A DNA stretch of 64,000 nt, from assembly GCF_964213995.1 (NCBI RefSeq), contig NW_027590205.1, positions 620,001 through 684,000 on the forward strand, written 5' to 3'. The notes beneath the pieces are model-generated. The model saw only the letters and a program-made list of their open reading frames with translations, ran no database searches and was not told the origin of the DNA. Origin of the DNA: Mustelus asterias (lineage: Eukaryota). Positions 1 to 11,359 of this stretch are shown here, piece after piece; the stretch's first letter is position 1; each line of letters opens with the position of its first letter. The position numbers were made by a program, and so were the translations under genes.

Positions 1-1702
1 TAAATTCATGGTGAGATGGAGTGAAGAGCGGGTCCCAAACACGCACAGCTACTTGAGACACAGCAGGAGATGAAATGGTTAATGTGGCCAGGGCATTGAG
101 ACAACATTGTGACTCCATCAAGGCACTGACACACACTCCAGAGAAACTGAGTTCAAAACAATCAGGATCCAATTAAACACACTGCACATGCTCACAAAGT
201 GAGGAAAATTAAAGTAAAATGGATAATATTATAGATTAGGACAATTAACCGCTTGGGAGAAATAATACTGAGTAAGAACTGTCCACAAGTTGGATAGGGG
301 TAAAGAGAGAGCTGGAGAATCTTTTGCATCCATGCTTGATCTGTTGCTTGAAGCATCTGTCCTTTTGTATAAGTAACCTGGAACTCACGATGCTCTTTCG
401 GAAGACAAGATCAACCAAGTGTTACCCCAGGCGGGGCCAGAACAGAACTGGAAAATAACGGAGTGAAATTGAGTGAGGGTCAGAGAGAGAGTTCTCCTCC
501 CCCTCAAGGTGTGGACTGTAAGAATCCTGGGGAACCCCCTTCTTTGGGTTTTCTTGCTAATTAGTGAATATTATATTAGATTCTATGACTGGCTGTGCGT
601 TTATTTTGAATTTGATTGTTACACTTCTCCTGTTTTTATTCCTGTTGTGATTACACTCTGGGTAAGGATGGTTGACAGGTGACAGGATGGGAAATTGTGG
701 CTTGGATCTTCATTGACCAAATGTTTTGTTGATCTGAAAGGTGTAAAAGGAATCAAACTTCATCAGAAATCCAGCAGAGCTGAGAACAGATGACTTCCTG
801 TGTGGGAACAGGGAGATAAACAGCTGCGAGAAGACAGGCAAAACAAGAGGGCCTTGAATCCTGGATGACACCTGTGTGTCAAGGCCACCATGTTTTCACT
901 GCTTGGCATGGGAATGCTGACTCCCTGTACCAGGGACGGAGCGTGGGAAGACAATTGTTTGAGAGTTTGACTTGGCTTGGGCGGATACAGGTGGTTCAAT
1001 GACACGTTTTCTAATTGGTCCGTTCAAATGTTAGCTGGGCAATGATTGGGTTAAATCAGTCTCCATAGACTTTGTGATGTAACAAAGTATAAGGAGGGAT
1101 TCCCCGAGCACAGAGATTTGTCGAGGTTTTACATATTGCATTGACTGGTGCCATGGCATCTGGGGCAGAGCAGGGAGCATTTCCGTGGAGATGCTGCTTC
1201 TACCCAGAGTGTAATGGTAATGCTGCTGCACTTTGATACGACTGCTCAGACATTAGCCTGTGTCAGCTCTTATTGATACTGAATAAAATCTAACCACTGT
1301 CACCAATAAGGGTTATCACTGGGAATCATTTCAGAGTTTGGGAAAAGGGGAGAAAGGGTTAATTGACTCCCTGAACCCCATTTTCTAACATCGCTGAGTC
1401 AAAAACAAAATCCCATCTCCCCCTCTGGCTCTTTTGCCAATTACCTTAGAGGGATCACTTTCTGTTAAAGAGCCTGCCAACCCCTCTCACCCACTTTCCC
1501 TAAAGTGCATCAATCTCAGCAGGAAAAATCCAGATCAATCAAATATTTTTACTGATAAAAGTTTATTAATGAAACAGAACATGGTTAAAACAAACAGAAA
1601 ATGACTTGAGGATCAAAAACAACCAGAGTAAAAGGATGTTCACAATGTTCTGGACACAAATAGTTTCTCTTTAATTCATCTGTAGCCTGTTCCCTGCCCT
1701 CT

Positions 1703-2320
1703 TTGTGGAACACCTCCGCTCAGCCCACAGGCATGACCCTGACCTTCCGCTTGCTTGCCATTAGAATTCCCCACCTTGCTCTCACGCTCACATTTCTGTC
1801 CTCGGCCTGCTGCAATGTTCCGGAGAAGCCCAACACAAGCTGGACAAACAGCCCCGCATCTTCCGATGAGGCACTTTACAGCCTTCTGGACTCAACACTG
1901 AGTTCAACAACTTCACATCCTGAACTCTCTCCTCCATTTTGGTTTGTTTTTTGCCGAGTGCCAGTCTGCATCTTGTTTTCATATTTTTTTGCTTCCAGAC
2001 AGAGCTGTCCTTTATTCTGCCTTAACACTTACTCTGGACCAATGCTTTGTTTCTTTACTATAACCATTACCTCTCCCTTTGCCTTTTGTTCCAGGACATT
2101 TTTGTCATTTAATCTCACCCACCCTCCATCCAATCCCTGACTTTGCCTTTTGTTCTACCTGCCCCTCCCCCATTTCTCACCAGCATCAAACCCATCACAT
2201 TTCTCCCTCTCTTTAGTTCTGAAGTAGAGTTACATTGGACGTGAAACATTAACTCTGTTTCTCTCTCCACAGATGCTGCCAGAGCTGCTGTGTTTTTCCA
2301 GTTCTTTCTGTCTTTATTTT
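1703..2320 (+). mobile_element. Decayed Penelope-like element (family B), 3' part
   Basis: Broken frame EHLRSAHRHDPDLPLACH*NSP..SVLGLLQC..GTLQPSGLNTEFNNF resembles the GIY-YIG C-terminus of Penelope-like elements. It is followed by a degenerate hammerhead-like core (agtt-CTGAAGt...GAAAC-att-aact, 2215-2254). Confidence 0.65.
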
Positions 2321-2581
2321 TGATCTAGTGGAGGGAATAGACTATTTACTATCCCGGAAAAATAAATGTCCTTCATCAGTTTTTGTGGATCATTTCAGTG
2401 GAAATGTGCTCTCCCAGGCTCAAAGAGCATCAGCCCACTGGGAGCAAAGTCATGAGAGCGGCCAGTCCAGCAGAAAGAAACCCTCCAACCCTCCCCAGTG
2501 ACCAACTTTGAGAATGAATAAATTGCAGCCCGAGATATAATTGAGAGCAGAAACAATAACAGCAGAATCCAACTCCTGGAA

Positions 2582-3592
2582 TCACTTGTGAACTCGCTGG
2601 TGTCTCTGCAGGGAGGATGAAACAGTGAATCTCTTTCCACAGACAGAGCAGATGAATGATCTCTCCCCAGTGTGAACTCGCTGATATCTTTGCAGGTTGG
2701 ATGCTGTTCTAAATCTCTTTGTGCAGTGAGAGCAGCTGAACGGTCGCTCCTCAGTGTGAATGCGTTGGTGGACCATCAGTTCCTGAGAGCTTTTGAAGTT
2801 GCTCCCACACTCAGAGCATTTAAAGGGTCTCTCCTGGGTGTGAGTGACTGTGTGCGTCGACAGGGCAGATGACTGAGTGAATCCCTTCCCGCACACAGAG
2901 CAGGTAAATGGTTTCTTCCCAGTGTGAACTCGCTGGTGAACCTGCAAGTGTGATGACGTTCTAAACCTCTTTGTGCAGTGAGAGCAGCTGAACGGTCTCT
3001 CCCCGGTGTGAATGCGCTTGTGGACCCTCAGATCTGAAACATGTTTGAAGGCACTCCCACACTCAGAGCATTTAAAGTGTCTCTCACTTGTGTGAGTGAC
3101 TTTGTGACTTAGCAAGTGGGATAACTGAGTGAATCCCATTCCACACATACAGCAGGTAAATGGCTTCTCTCCGGTGTGAACTTGCTGGTGTGTCCACAGG
3201 TTGGATGACGTTCTAAATCTCTTTGTGCAGTGAGAGCAGCTGAACGGTCTCTCCTCAGTGTGAATGCGCTGGTGGGACACCAGTTCTCCAGAGCTTTTGA
3301 ATCCACTCCCACAGTCAGAGCATTTAAAGGGTCTCTCATTGGTGTGAGTGAAATTGTGACTCAGCAGGTGGGATAACTGAGTGAATCCTTTCCCACAGTC
3401 AGAACAGGTAAATAGTCTCTCCCCCGTGTGAACTCGCTGGTGTCTCTGCAGATTAGGTAAGTCAGTGAATCCCTTCCCACACACAGAGCAGGTGAATGGT
3501 TTCTCCCCAGTGTGACTGCGTTGATGAACTTCCAACCGAGATGGGACCGTGAATCCCTTCCCACAGTCTCCACATTTCCATGGTTTCTCCAT
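2582..3592 (-). CDS. C2H2 zinc-finger protein ZF-A, 336 aa, 12 fingers (finger 11 His>Tyr), no effector domain
   Basis: Open frame of 12 x 28-aa CxxC..HxxxH units with TGEKP-type linkers. The first true ATG is at 3592 in accATGg context; the ORF-track start at 3628 is TTG. Confidence 0.9.
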   Translation of the reverse strand: MEKPWKCGDCGKGFTVPSRLEVHQRSHTGEKPFTCSVCGKGFTDLPNLQRHQRVHTGERLFTCSDCGKGFTQLSHLLSHNFTHTNERPFKCSDCGSGFKSSGELVSHQRIHTEERPFSCSHCTKRFRTSSNLWTHQQVHTGEKPFTCCMCGMGFTQLSHLLSHKVTHTSERHFKCSECGSAFKHVSDLRVHKRIHTGERPFSCSHCTKRFRTSSHLQVHQRVHTGKKPFTCSVCGKGFTQSSALSTHTVTHTQERPFKCSECGSNFKSSQELMVHQRIHTEERPFSCSHCTKRFRTASNLQRYQRVHTGERSFICSVCGKRFTVSSSLQRHQRVHK

Positions 3593-4487
3593 GGTGTGGG
3601 TGTCCTTGTGACTCTCCAGGTTAAACAATCAGTTAAATCTCACACAGAACGTGGGTACAGTCTCTCCCCGCTGTGAATTCTGTGATGTATTTTCAGGCTG
3701 TGTAACTGGTTAAAGCTCTTTCCACACTCAGTGCACTGGAACACTCTCACTCGGGTGTGTGTGTGCCTTGGTGCTTTTTCAGTTGCACTGATGCTTAAAA
3801 TCTCTTGAAACAGACAGCTGAGAGAAACATTTCTCCCTCTGGATTTAAAGGCCGATGATATTCAGGTCCCGATGAATTGAGTGATTCTGTCAGATGTTGA
3901 TGTGACGTTTGGTTTGAGATTTCTGTCTGTAAATCCTCACCTTCTGATATTGTAAAAGGAGTTTACAAAAGTCATCAATGTCAGTACAGGATATAAATTC
4001 AGAACAGACAATTCTAGTTTCTATGGAACATTCTTTTCTCTCTCATTCCTCAAAGCTGTAAATCTCCATCCCACACACTCTCCCTCCATTCTCACTCTGC
4101 TGTATCTAATATTCACCCTCCCAATTCTCCTGAAGGTGCTGATTGAGGCTGATTGACAGATCCATGCTCACTGCTTCCTGTCCTGGACACAGAGAGCTGG
4201 AAATCTCCATGCAGGCGGCCAGACAGATATATGTCTATCTGACTGGACTAACAATGTGTGGAATGTACAGACTGGACTCCCTTCCTTCCCTTCAGCGGCT
4301 AAGGGCGGCCAAGTCGCCAGGACCCAATGAACTGCACACTAGGCTGAAGAGATAGTGGACACTTTGGTTAAAATATTTTGTAACTCGCTAAATTCCAGGA
4401 GGATATTAGAAGATTGGAAAACAGCCAATGTGACTCCTTTGTTCAAAAAGGGAGAAAGGCAGAAGGCAGTGAACTATAGACCTGTTT

Positions 4488-4771
4488 ATAGAATCATAGA
4501 ATCTACAGAACAGGAGGAGGCCATTTGGCCCATCGAGCCTGCACCAACAACAATCCCAGCCAGGTCCTATCCCTCCTAATCTGCCGACACTAAGGGGCGA
4601 TTCATCATGGCCAATCAACCTCACCCTCACTTCTTTGGAATGAGGTAGGAAATCGGAGCACGCAGAGGAAACCCACGCAAGCACGGGGAGAACGTGCAAA
4701 CTCCACAAGTCCATGGCACTGTGGGGCAGCAGTGCCAACCACTGTGCCACCAAGCCGCCCCGTGCTGCCCC
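4488..4771 (-). mobile_element. HE1-type tRNA-derived SINE
   Basis: Head GGTGGCACAGTGGTT, body GGTTTCCTC..TGCTCC, ATTCTATG tail, all on the minus strand. Confidence 0.85.
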
Positions 4772-4902
4772 AGTGAATTTAACACCTAGTCAATATGGTT
4801 TTATGAAAGATAAATCATGTTTGACAAATTTGTTCAAATTCTTTGAGGATGCAAGGGGTCGTGTAGATCGAGAGTAATCTGTAGATGTAGTGTATTTACA
4901 TA

Positions 4903-5228
4903 GGGTGGCACAGTGGTTAGCACTGCTGCTGCACAGCGCCAGGGACAAGGGTTCAATTCCAGCCTTGGGTGACCGTCTGTGTGGAGTCTGCACATTCTCC
5001 CCATGTCTGTGTGGGTTTCCTCCGAGTGCTCCAGTTTCTTCCCATAGTCCAAAGATGTGCAGGTTAGGTTGATTGGCCATGCTGAATTATCCCTTTGTGT
5101 CCCAATAGATTTAGATTAGGGGGACTAGTGGGGAAAAAATGTGGGCTTATGGGATGGGGCCTGGGAAAGATGTTCAAGCTGCTCGATGGGCCAAATGACC
5201 CCCTTCTGCACTCTAGGGATTCTATGAT
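4903..5228 (+). mobile_element. HE1-type SINE
   Basis: A-box GGTGGCACAGTGGTTAG, B-box GGTTCAATTCC, tail GGATTCTATGATT. Confidence 0.9.
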
Positions 5229-7040
5229 TTCCAAAAAGCATTTGTCAAGGTGCCACATAAGAGGCTGGTGCATAAAGTAAAGGCCCATGGAATTGGTGCA
5301 AATGTGTTAGCATGGATTGAAAACTGGCCGTCACATAGAAAACAGAGAGTTGGAATAAATGGGTCATTTTCAGAGTGGAAAGATGTAACTAGTGGAGTAT
5401 CACAGGGATCAGTTCTTGGCCCGCAATTCATGATTCAATTAATGACCTGGAGAAGGAACAGAATGTAAGGTTTCCAAATGATATGAAGATAAGTGAAAGG
5501 ACATGTTGTGATGAGGATATTTTGATTCTGCAGTGGGATATAGATAGATTGGGTGACGAAAACCTGGCAAATGGACTTTACTGTGGGGAAATGTGAGGTC
5601 CTGTATTTCACTAGGAAGAATCAAAAGGGAGATTATTTACATGGAGAGGCACTGCAGGTGAGTGAAGTACAGAGGGATCGAGGTGTTTTGCACATGAATC
5701 ACAAAAAGCTGGCAGGCAGGTCCCACAATACGTAAGAAGGAAAATGGAATTTTGACCTTTATCGCAAAGGGGTTGGAGTTTAAAAACAGGGAGGTTTTGT
5801 GGCAACTGCACAGGGTGTTGGTGAGGTCTCACCTGGAATAATGCACACAGTTTTGATCCGCTTATTTAAACAAGGATATAGTAAGATTGGAGGTTCACCA
5901 GGTTAATTCCTGGGATGAGAGGGTTGTCCGATCAAGAGAGAATAAATGTCGAGGTCTGTATTCCTTGAAGCTTGAAAGATAAACATAGAACATAGAACAG
6001 TACAGCACAGAACAGGCCCTTCGGCCCTCGATATGCCGAGCTTTGTCCGAAACCAAGATCAAGCTCGCCCACTCCCTATCATCCTGGTGTGCTCCATGTG
6101 CCTATCCAATAACCGCTTGAAAGTTCCTAAAGTGTCCGACTCCACTATCACAGCAGGCAGTCCATTCCACACCCCAACCACTCTCTGAGTAAAGAACCTA
6201 CCTCGGACATCCCTCCTATATCTCCCATCATGAACCTTATAGTTATGCCCCCTAGTAACAGCTACATCCACCCGAGGAAATAGTCTCTGAATGTCCACTC
6301 TATCTATCCCCCTCATCATCTTATAAACCTCTATTAAGTCGCCTCTCATCCCCCTCCACTCTAAAGAGAAAAGCCCTAGCTCCCTCAAACTTTCCTCATA
6401 AGACCTACCCTCCAAACCAGGCAGCATCCTGGTAAATCTCCTTTGCACTCTTTCCAGCGCTTCCACATCCTTCTTATAGTGAGGTAACCAGAACTGCACA
6501 CAATATTCCAAATGTGGTCTCACCAAGGTCCTGTACAGTTGCAGTATAAGCCCACAGCTCTTCAAACTCAAACCCCCTGTTAATAAACGCTAACACACTA
6601 AAGGCCTTCTTCACAGCTCTATCCACTTGAGTGGCAACCTTCAGAGGTCTGTGGATATGAACCCCAAGATCTCTCTGTTCCTCCACATTCCTCAGAACCC
6701 TGCCGTTGACACTGTAATCCACATTCAAATTTGTCCTACCAAAATGAATCATCTCGCACTTATCCGGGTTAAACTCCATTTGCCATTTTTCAGCCCAGCT
6801 CTGCATCCTATCAATGTCTCTTTGCGGCCTACAACAGCCCTCCACCTCATCCACTACTCCACCAATTTTGGTGTCATCAGCAAATTTACTGACCCACGCT
6901 TCAGCCCCCTCCTCCAAGTCATTGATAAAAATCACAAATAGCAGAGGACCCAGCACTGATCCCTGTGGTACACCGCTGGTAACTGGTCTCCAGTCTGAAA
7001 ATTTTCCATCCACCACCACCCTCTGTCTTCTATGAGATAG

Positions 7041-7810
7041 TAAGAAGTTTAACAACACCAGGTTAAAGTCCAACAGGTTTCTTTGGTAGCAAAAGCCACA
7101 CAAGCTTTCGGAGCCTTAAGCCCCTTCTTCAGGTGAGTGGGAATTCTGTTCACAAACAGGGCATATAAAGACACAAACTCAATTTACAGAATAATGGTTG
7201 GAATGCGAATACTTACAGCTAATCAAGTCTTTAAGATACAAACAATGTGAGTAGAGAGCATCAAGACAGGCTAAAGAGATGTGTATTGTCTCCAGACAGG
7301 TCAGCCAGCCACTCTGCAGGTCCAGACAAGCTGTGGGGATTACAGATAGTGTGACATGAACCCAATATTCCGGTTAAGGCCATCCTCATGTGTGCGGAAC
7401 TTGGCTATCAGTTTCTGCTCAGCGACTCTGCGCCGTCGTGTGTCGTGAAGGCCGCCTTGGAGAATGCTTACCTGAATATCAGAGGCCGAATGCCCGTGAC
7501 CACTGAAGTGGCTGTCCTGTCTGGAGACAATACACATCTCTTTAGCCTGTCTTGATGCTCTCTCCACTCACATTGTTTGTATCTTAAAGACTTGATTAGC
7601 TATAAGTATTCGCATTCCAACCATTATTCTGTAAATTGAGTTTGTGTCTTTATATGCCCTGTTTGTGAACAGAATTCCCACTCACCAGAAGAAGGGGCTT
7701 GAGGCTCCGAAAGCTTGTGTGGCTTTTGCTACCAAATAAACCTGTTGGACTTTAACCTGGTGTTGTTAAACTTCTTACTTGTTTACCCCAGTCCAACGCC
7801 GGCATCTCCA
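7041..7810 (-). mobile_element. Penelope-like element (family A) with inverted pseudo-LTRs
   Basis: GIY-YIG-like C-terminus (..EQKLIAKFRTHEDGLNRN, 7340-7507), ~250-bp inverted repeat (7041-7287 / 7508-7778) and 14-bp TSD CTTCTATGAGATAG (7027-7040 / 7811-7824). Confidence 0.85.
7099..7135 (-). ncRNA. Minimal hammerhead ribozyme motif (intact core)
   Basis: cac-CUGAAGA-a-GGGGC-uuaag-GCUCC-GAAA-GCU-U-gug. The copy in the other arm (7683-7719, +) has CAGAAGA. Confidence 0.75.
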
Positions 7811-8119
7811 CTTCTATGAGATAGCCAGTTACTTATCTATCAGTTATCTATATTATCTATCAGGGAAATAAAGCTGCAAAGATATGAGGATAGAGCAGGG
7901 GAATGGGACTGACTGGATTGCTGTAGACACCTTGCATGGATCCAATGGGCTGAATGGCCCTGCACCAGAATGACACTTTCTTGTAATCTCATCTTCTAAT
8001 TTAACCTGGGAGTTCAGATATCACTCAGGTCCATCTGTTCTACACTCTCTCCAGGGCTATTATGTCCTGTTGCCCGGAACTGAGCACAGTTCTCCAGATG
8101 TGGTCTAACCAAGGTTTGT

Positions 8120-8370
8120 GAATCTCAGGGCCTTTCCAGTCACACTGAAACCCAAAATCTTCTCTCACAGACACAATCAACAAAACTGTTACCTTCCACA
8201 TTCCGAGGCTGCTAATATTCAGGTTCTGATGTATTGCATGACTCCATCAGATCACAATGTGATGTTTGATTTGAGTTTCCCATATGTCAATTCTCCACTT
8301 TCAGCACTCTGTAAATTTACAGAAACCATCACAGTTAGTCCAGGATAGAAATTCACAACATTCTCTCCTC
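8120..8370 (-). pseudogene. Remnant of a zinc-finger coding-exon start (acceptor, leader, first decayed finger)
   Basis: Homologous to the acceptor/leader blocks at 3780-4020 and 37900-38130. Confidence 0.55.
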
Positions 8371-8639
8371 CGAGTTGCCAATTGTGATTAAATGGTTCCT
8401 GGAGGTTTTATCACGTCTTTTCTATTGTGCCCATCCTCCAACCACTAATCAGTCAACACATCCATCCCCACTGCCTTCCTGGGCCAATTGGAAAGCAAAA
8501 AAGACTCCGCACCTTACAGCATAATGATTGACAGTTAGGCAAACATTTTTTATCCATTTTCAATATTTTTATATCCGGTGAAGAGAAATGTTCAAAGGAA
8601 AATGACAACAAAAGATATCTTTTTTAATGTCCTGAATGT

Positions 8640-9138
8640 TTTAGAGACTGAGGTTTGAATCCCACTACAGCAGATGGTGAAATTTGAATTCAAGAAAAAA
8701 CCGGAATTGAAAGTCGAATAATGACCATGAAACCATTGTCGATTGTTGTAAAAAGCAACTGATTCACTAATGTCCTTGAGCCAAGGAAATCTGCTACCTG
8801 ACCTGGTCAGGTCTATATGTGATTCCAGATCCACAGCAGTGTGGTTGGTTGACTCTTAAAATGCCCCGTGAAGTGCACTCAGTTCAAGGGCAAATAAAGA
8901 TGGGCAATAGATGCTGGTCCAGCCAGTGGCAGCCACATTCCCTGGATGCATTGGGAAACAAATCTCCCATCCTTATCTGGTCTGGCCTAAATATGACTCC
9001 AAACTACATAGATGTGGTTGACTCTTAAAATGCCCTGTGAGATGGTCTAGCAAGCCACTCAGTTGAAGGACAATTAGGGATGGGCAATAAATACTGGTCC
9101 AGCCAGCGACTCCCACATTCCCTGAATGAATAAAAAAA
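8640..9138 (+). mobile_element. Deu-domain-type SINE with internal duplication
   Basis: GTGAYTCCAGATCCACAGCA..GGTTGACTCTTAA..GGGCAATTAGGGATGGGCAATAAA block occurs twice. Related copies at ~25940-26220, 43395-43570 and 57520-57835. The family name is from recall. Confidence 0.55.
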
Positions 9139-9179
9139 TTCCTGGAGACTCCAGTCCAATCCGGGAGAGTTGGTCACTG

Positions 9180-9545
9180 GGTCAGGCTCACAGCGCATGC
9201 GCCCTTCTGTACATTGTTCCTGTAAAGATGGCGGCCGCTAACCCGGGCCTGGAGCCGCTCAGCTCCGACTCTATTCAGTACCAATTGAAGCGGGACCGGG
9301 AACATTTTATTCTGGATTGAAGCCTTTAGGGGATATTTATGAAGCCTCCCAGCCCACTCCGCTGCTTCTATCCCTCCCCGGTCACCCAGCGGCTCCATTG
9401 CTGAACCTCACTCCATTGTTTCTTTTCGGCTCCTCGCAGCTCCAGTCACAGTCCGGACTGCGCATGCTCCGGTCAGAGCCAGGTACCGCGTTTGCGCAAG
9501 GCGGTGCCGTAATGTGGATAGGGCACCTTCTCACCCGCAGAGAAT
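9180..9545. promoter_or_regulatory. CpG-rich promoter, probably for ZF-A
   Basis: NRF1 GCGCATGCGC 9193-9202, YY1 AAGATGGCGGC 9225-9235, second NRF1-like site ~9459, local CpG enrichment. Confidence 0.7.
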
Positions 9546-9694
9546 GTTGGGTAATCACCCCGCCATTCACACTGGTTTTGTTTAATAGAAAATATGGTTT
9601 GCGATCTGAACATGATTGGTACCATTGGGCCACAATAACAAATGTATTAAATCGATTGATATGGAACTAAGGACTGATATAGTAACTAAGGACT

Positions 9695-10008
9695 GGGGTG
9701 GCACAGTTGCAAGCGCTGCTGTCTCACAGCACCAGGGAACCAGGTTCAATTCCGGCCTTGGGTCACTGTCTGTGTGGACTTTGCATGTTCTCCCTGTGTC
9801 TGTGCGGGTTTCTTCCGGGTGCTCTGGTTTCCTCCCACAGTCCAAAGATGTGCAGGTTAGGTTAATTGGCTATGCTAAAATGCCCCTTAGTGTCAGGGGG
9901 ATTAGCAGGGTGGATACTTGGGGTTATGGGGATAGTGCATGGGTAGGATTGTTGTCGGTGTGGGCTGAATGGCCTCCTTCTGCACGGTAGGGATTCTATG
10001 ATTCTATG
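9695..10008 (+). mobile_element. HE1-type SINE
   Basis: tRNA-like head, conserved body, (ATTCTATG)n tail. Confidence 0.9.
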
Positions 10009-11359
10009 AGCATAGGCTCTCCACTAAAGTTCGGTTCTGGGTCTGATTGACAACAGAACAAACATCTACAGTTAGAAGTGAACACATCAGGATCTCAGCA
10101 GGTTTTCCCCATGGACAGAACAGTTAAACTGCCCCTTGCCAATAAGAATGCTGACATTGGATCAAATGTTTTGAGCTTTTAAAGTCAGAGTATTAGCCAC
10201 TGAGGAAAACTAAGGAAATGCCTTTGCACATGTGAAGTGTCTGAGTGTTGTCCCTCTAGTCTAACTGTGCTGTTCTATTGGTAAATGAGACGACTGAGTG
10301 AATCCATTTCCACATTCAACTGGGAAATAATCTTTTGATAATGGGATTTTACCCAAAGGTTTACAGCTCCGACGGTAATCTCACACCTTCTGATGATGTG
10401 TTCAGCATTCTTTGTGCTCTCCAGTCAAAGACAAGTAAAATATTGCAGATGCTGGAAATCAAAATGTAAAATTTTGGAAATACTCAGCAGATCTAGTAGC
10501 ATCTGTAGAGCAAGAAACAGAGTTTGCATTTTAGGCCCATGACCATTCAACACCCAGGCCTGAAAATTAGCACACTTTCTCCTACCAGAGATAGGCTATT
10601 ATTTCCAGCATTTTCTGTTTTTATTTCTCATCTGTCTGAGAATGGAAACATCTTCCACTTGTCTACTGTGTCGAGCCTTTTCATAATCTTAATCAGATCA
10701 TCCTCACTCCCTTTTCCAGAGAAAATATTTACAGACTGTCCAGTCTTTCTTGCTGGGTGTAACTGCCTGTTCATGCATCTTTCTAGTCTATTTTCCTGCA
10801 TCTTCTCCAGTCCTTCTAGACCCATCTTATAATATGGAGACTGGAGACATCAGCTAATCTGAGCAGCAAACTCACTATTGTCCCCAAATCCCTGCATGTT
10901 GAAGTATTTTAGCCATTTTCCAATCAGCTGAATATGAGATGGGATGGAATAAACAGATTCAACAAGTCAGTCTGTAACACTGTGGAGCATCTCCAACTTG
11001 CCTCTTCCCCTTACTATTAAACAGTTGATTTTTTCACTCTTAATCTGTCAGTTATGGCACTAAGAATAAAGGGCTGAATGGCCTATTTCTGCTCCTATTT
11101 CATACGTCTGTATGTATGTTAGTATTGAACGGGAAACTAGAGGTACAATGAGAGATTGAAATGAGGAATGATGTGAGGAAGCTCCTTTGGAGCAGATACA
11201 CTGAGCTGGAGTTGTGTCCAATGGCCTGTTTTGCCTCCTGTGTCATTTCACTCCTGAAGGGTCTGCTTCAAACTTTTAGACAATGCCACGGATTCCTAGA
11301 CTGTCAAACCAGCAGAAATAATTTATATTTACCCTCTGTTCCTCTTAATGTGTTTTATT

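Larger units (their letters stand above)
4290..5980 (+). mobile_element. Old CR1/HER1-type LINE ORF2 fragment interrupted by two SINEs
   Basis: Broken RT motifs (KSPGP, WKTANVTPLFKKG, SGVSQGSVLGP) spread over several frames. Confidence 0.85.
5983..7840 (-). mobile_element. Young 5'-truncated CR1/HER1 LINE, split by a Penelope-like insertion at 7041-7810
   Basis: RT motifs GVPQGSVLGPLLF, FADD and a C-terminus ending MEHTRMIGSG. (GTTCTAT)n 3' tail at 5983-5999; one frameshift near 6570. Confidence 0.95.

Noticed and set aside
2215-2254. Active family B hammerhead
   Set aside because: Core mutated (CUGAAGU) and stem II disrupted; the other family B copies are also degenerate.
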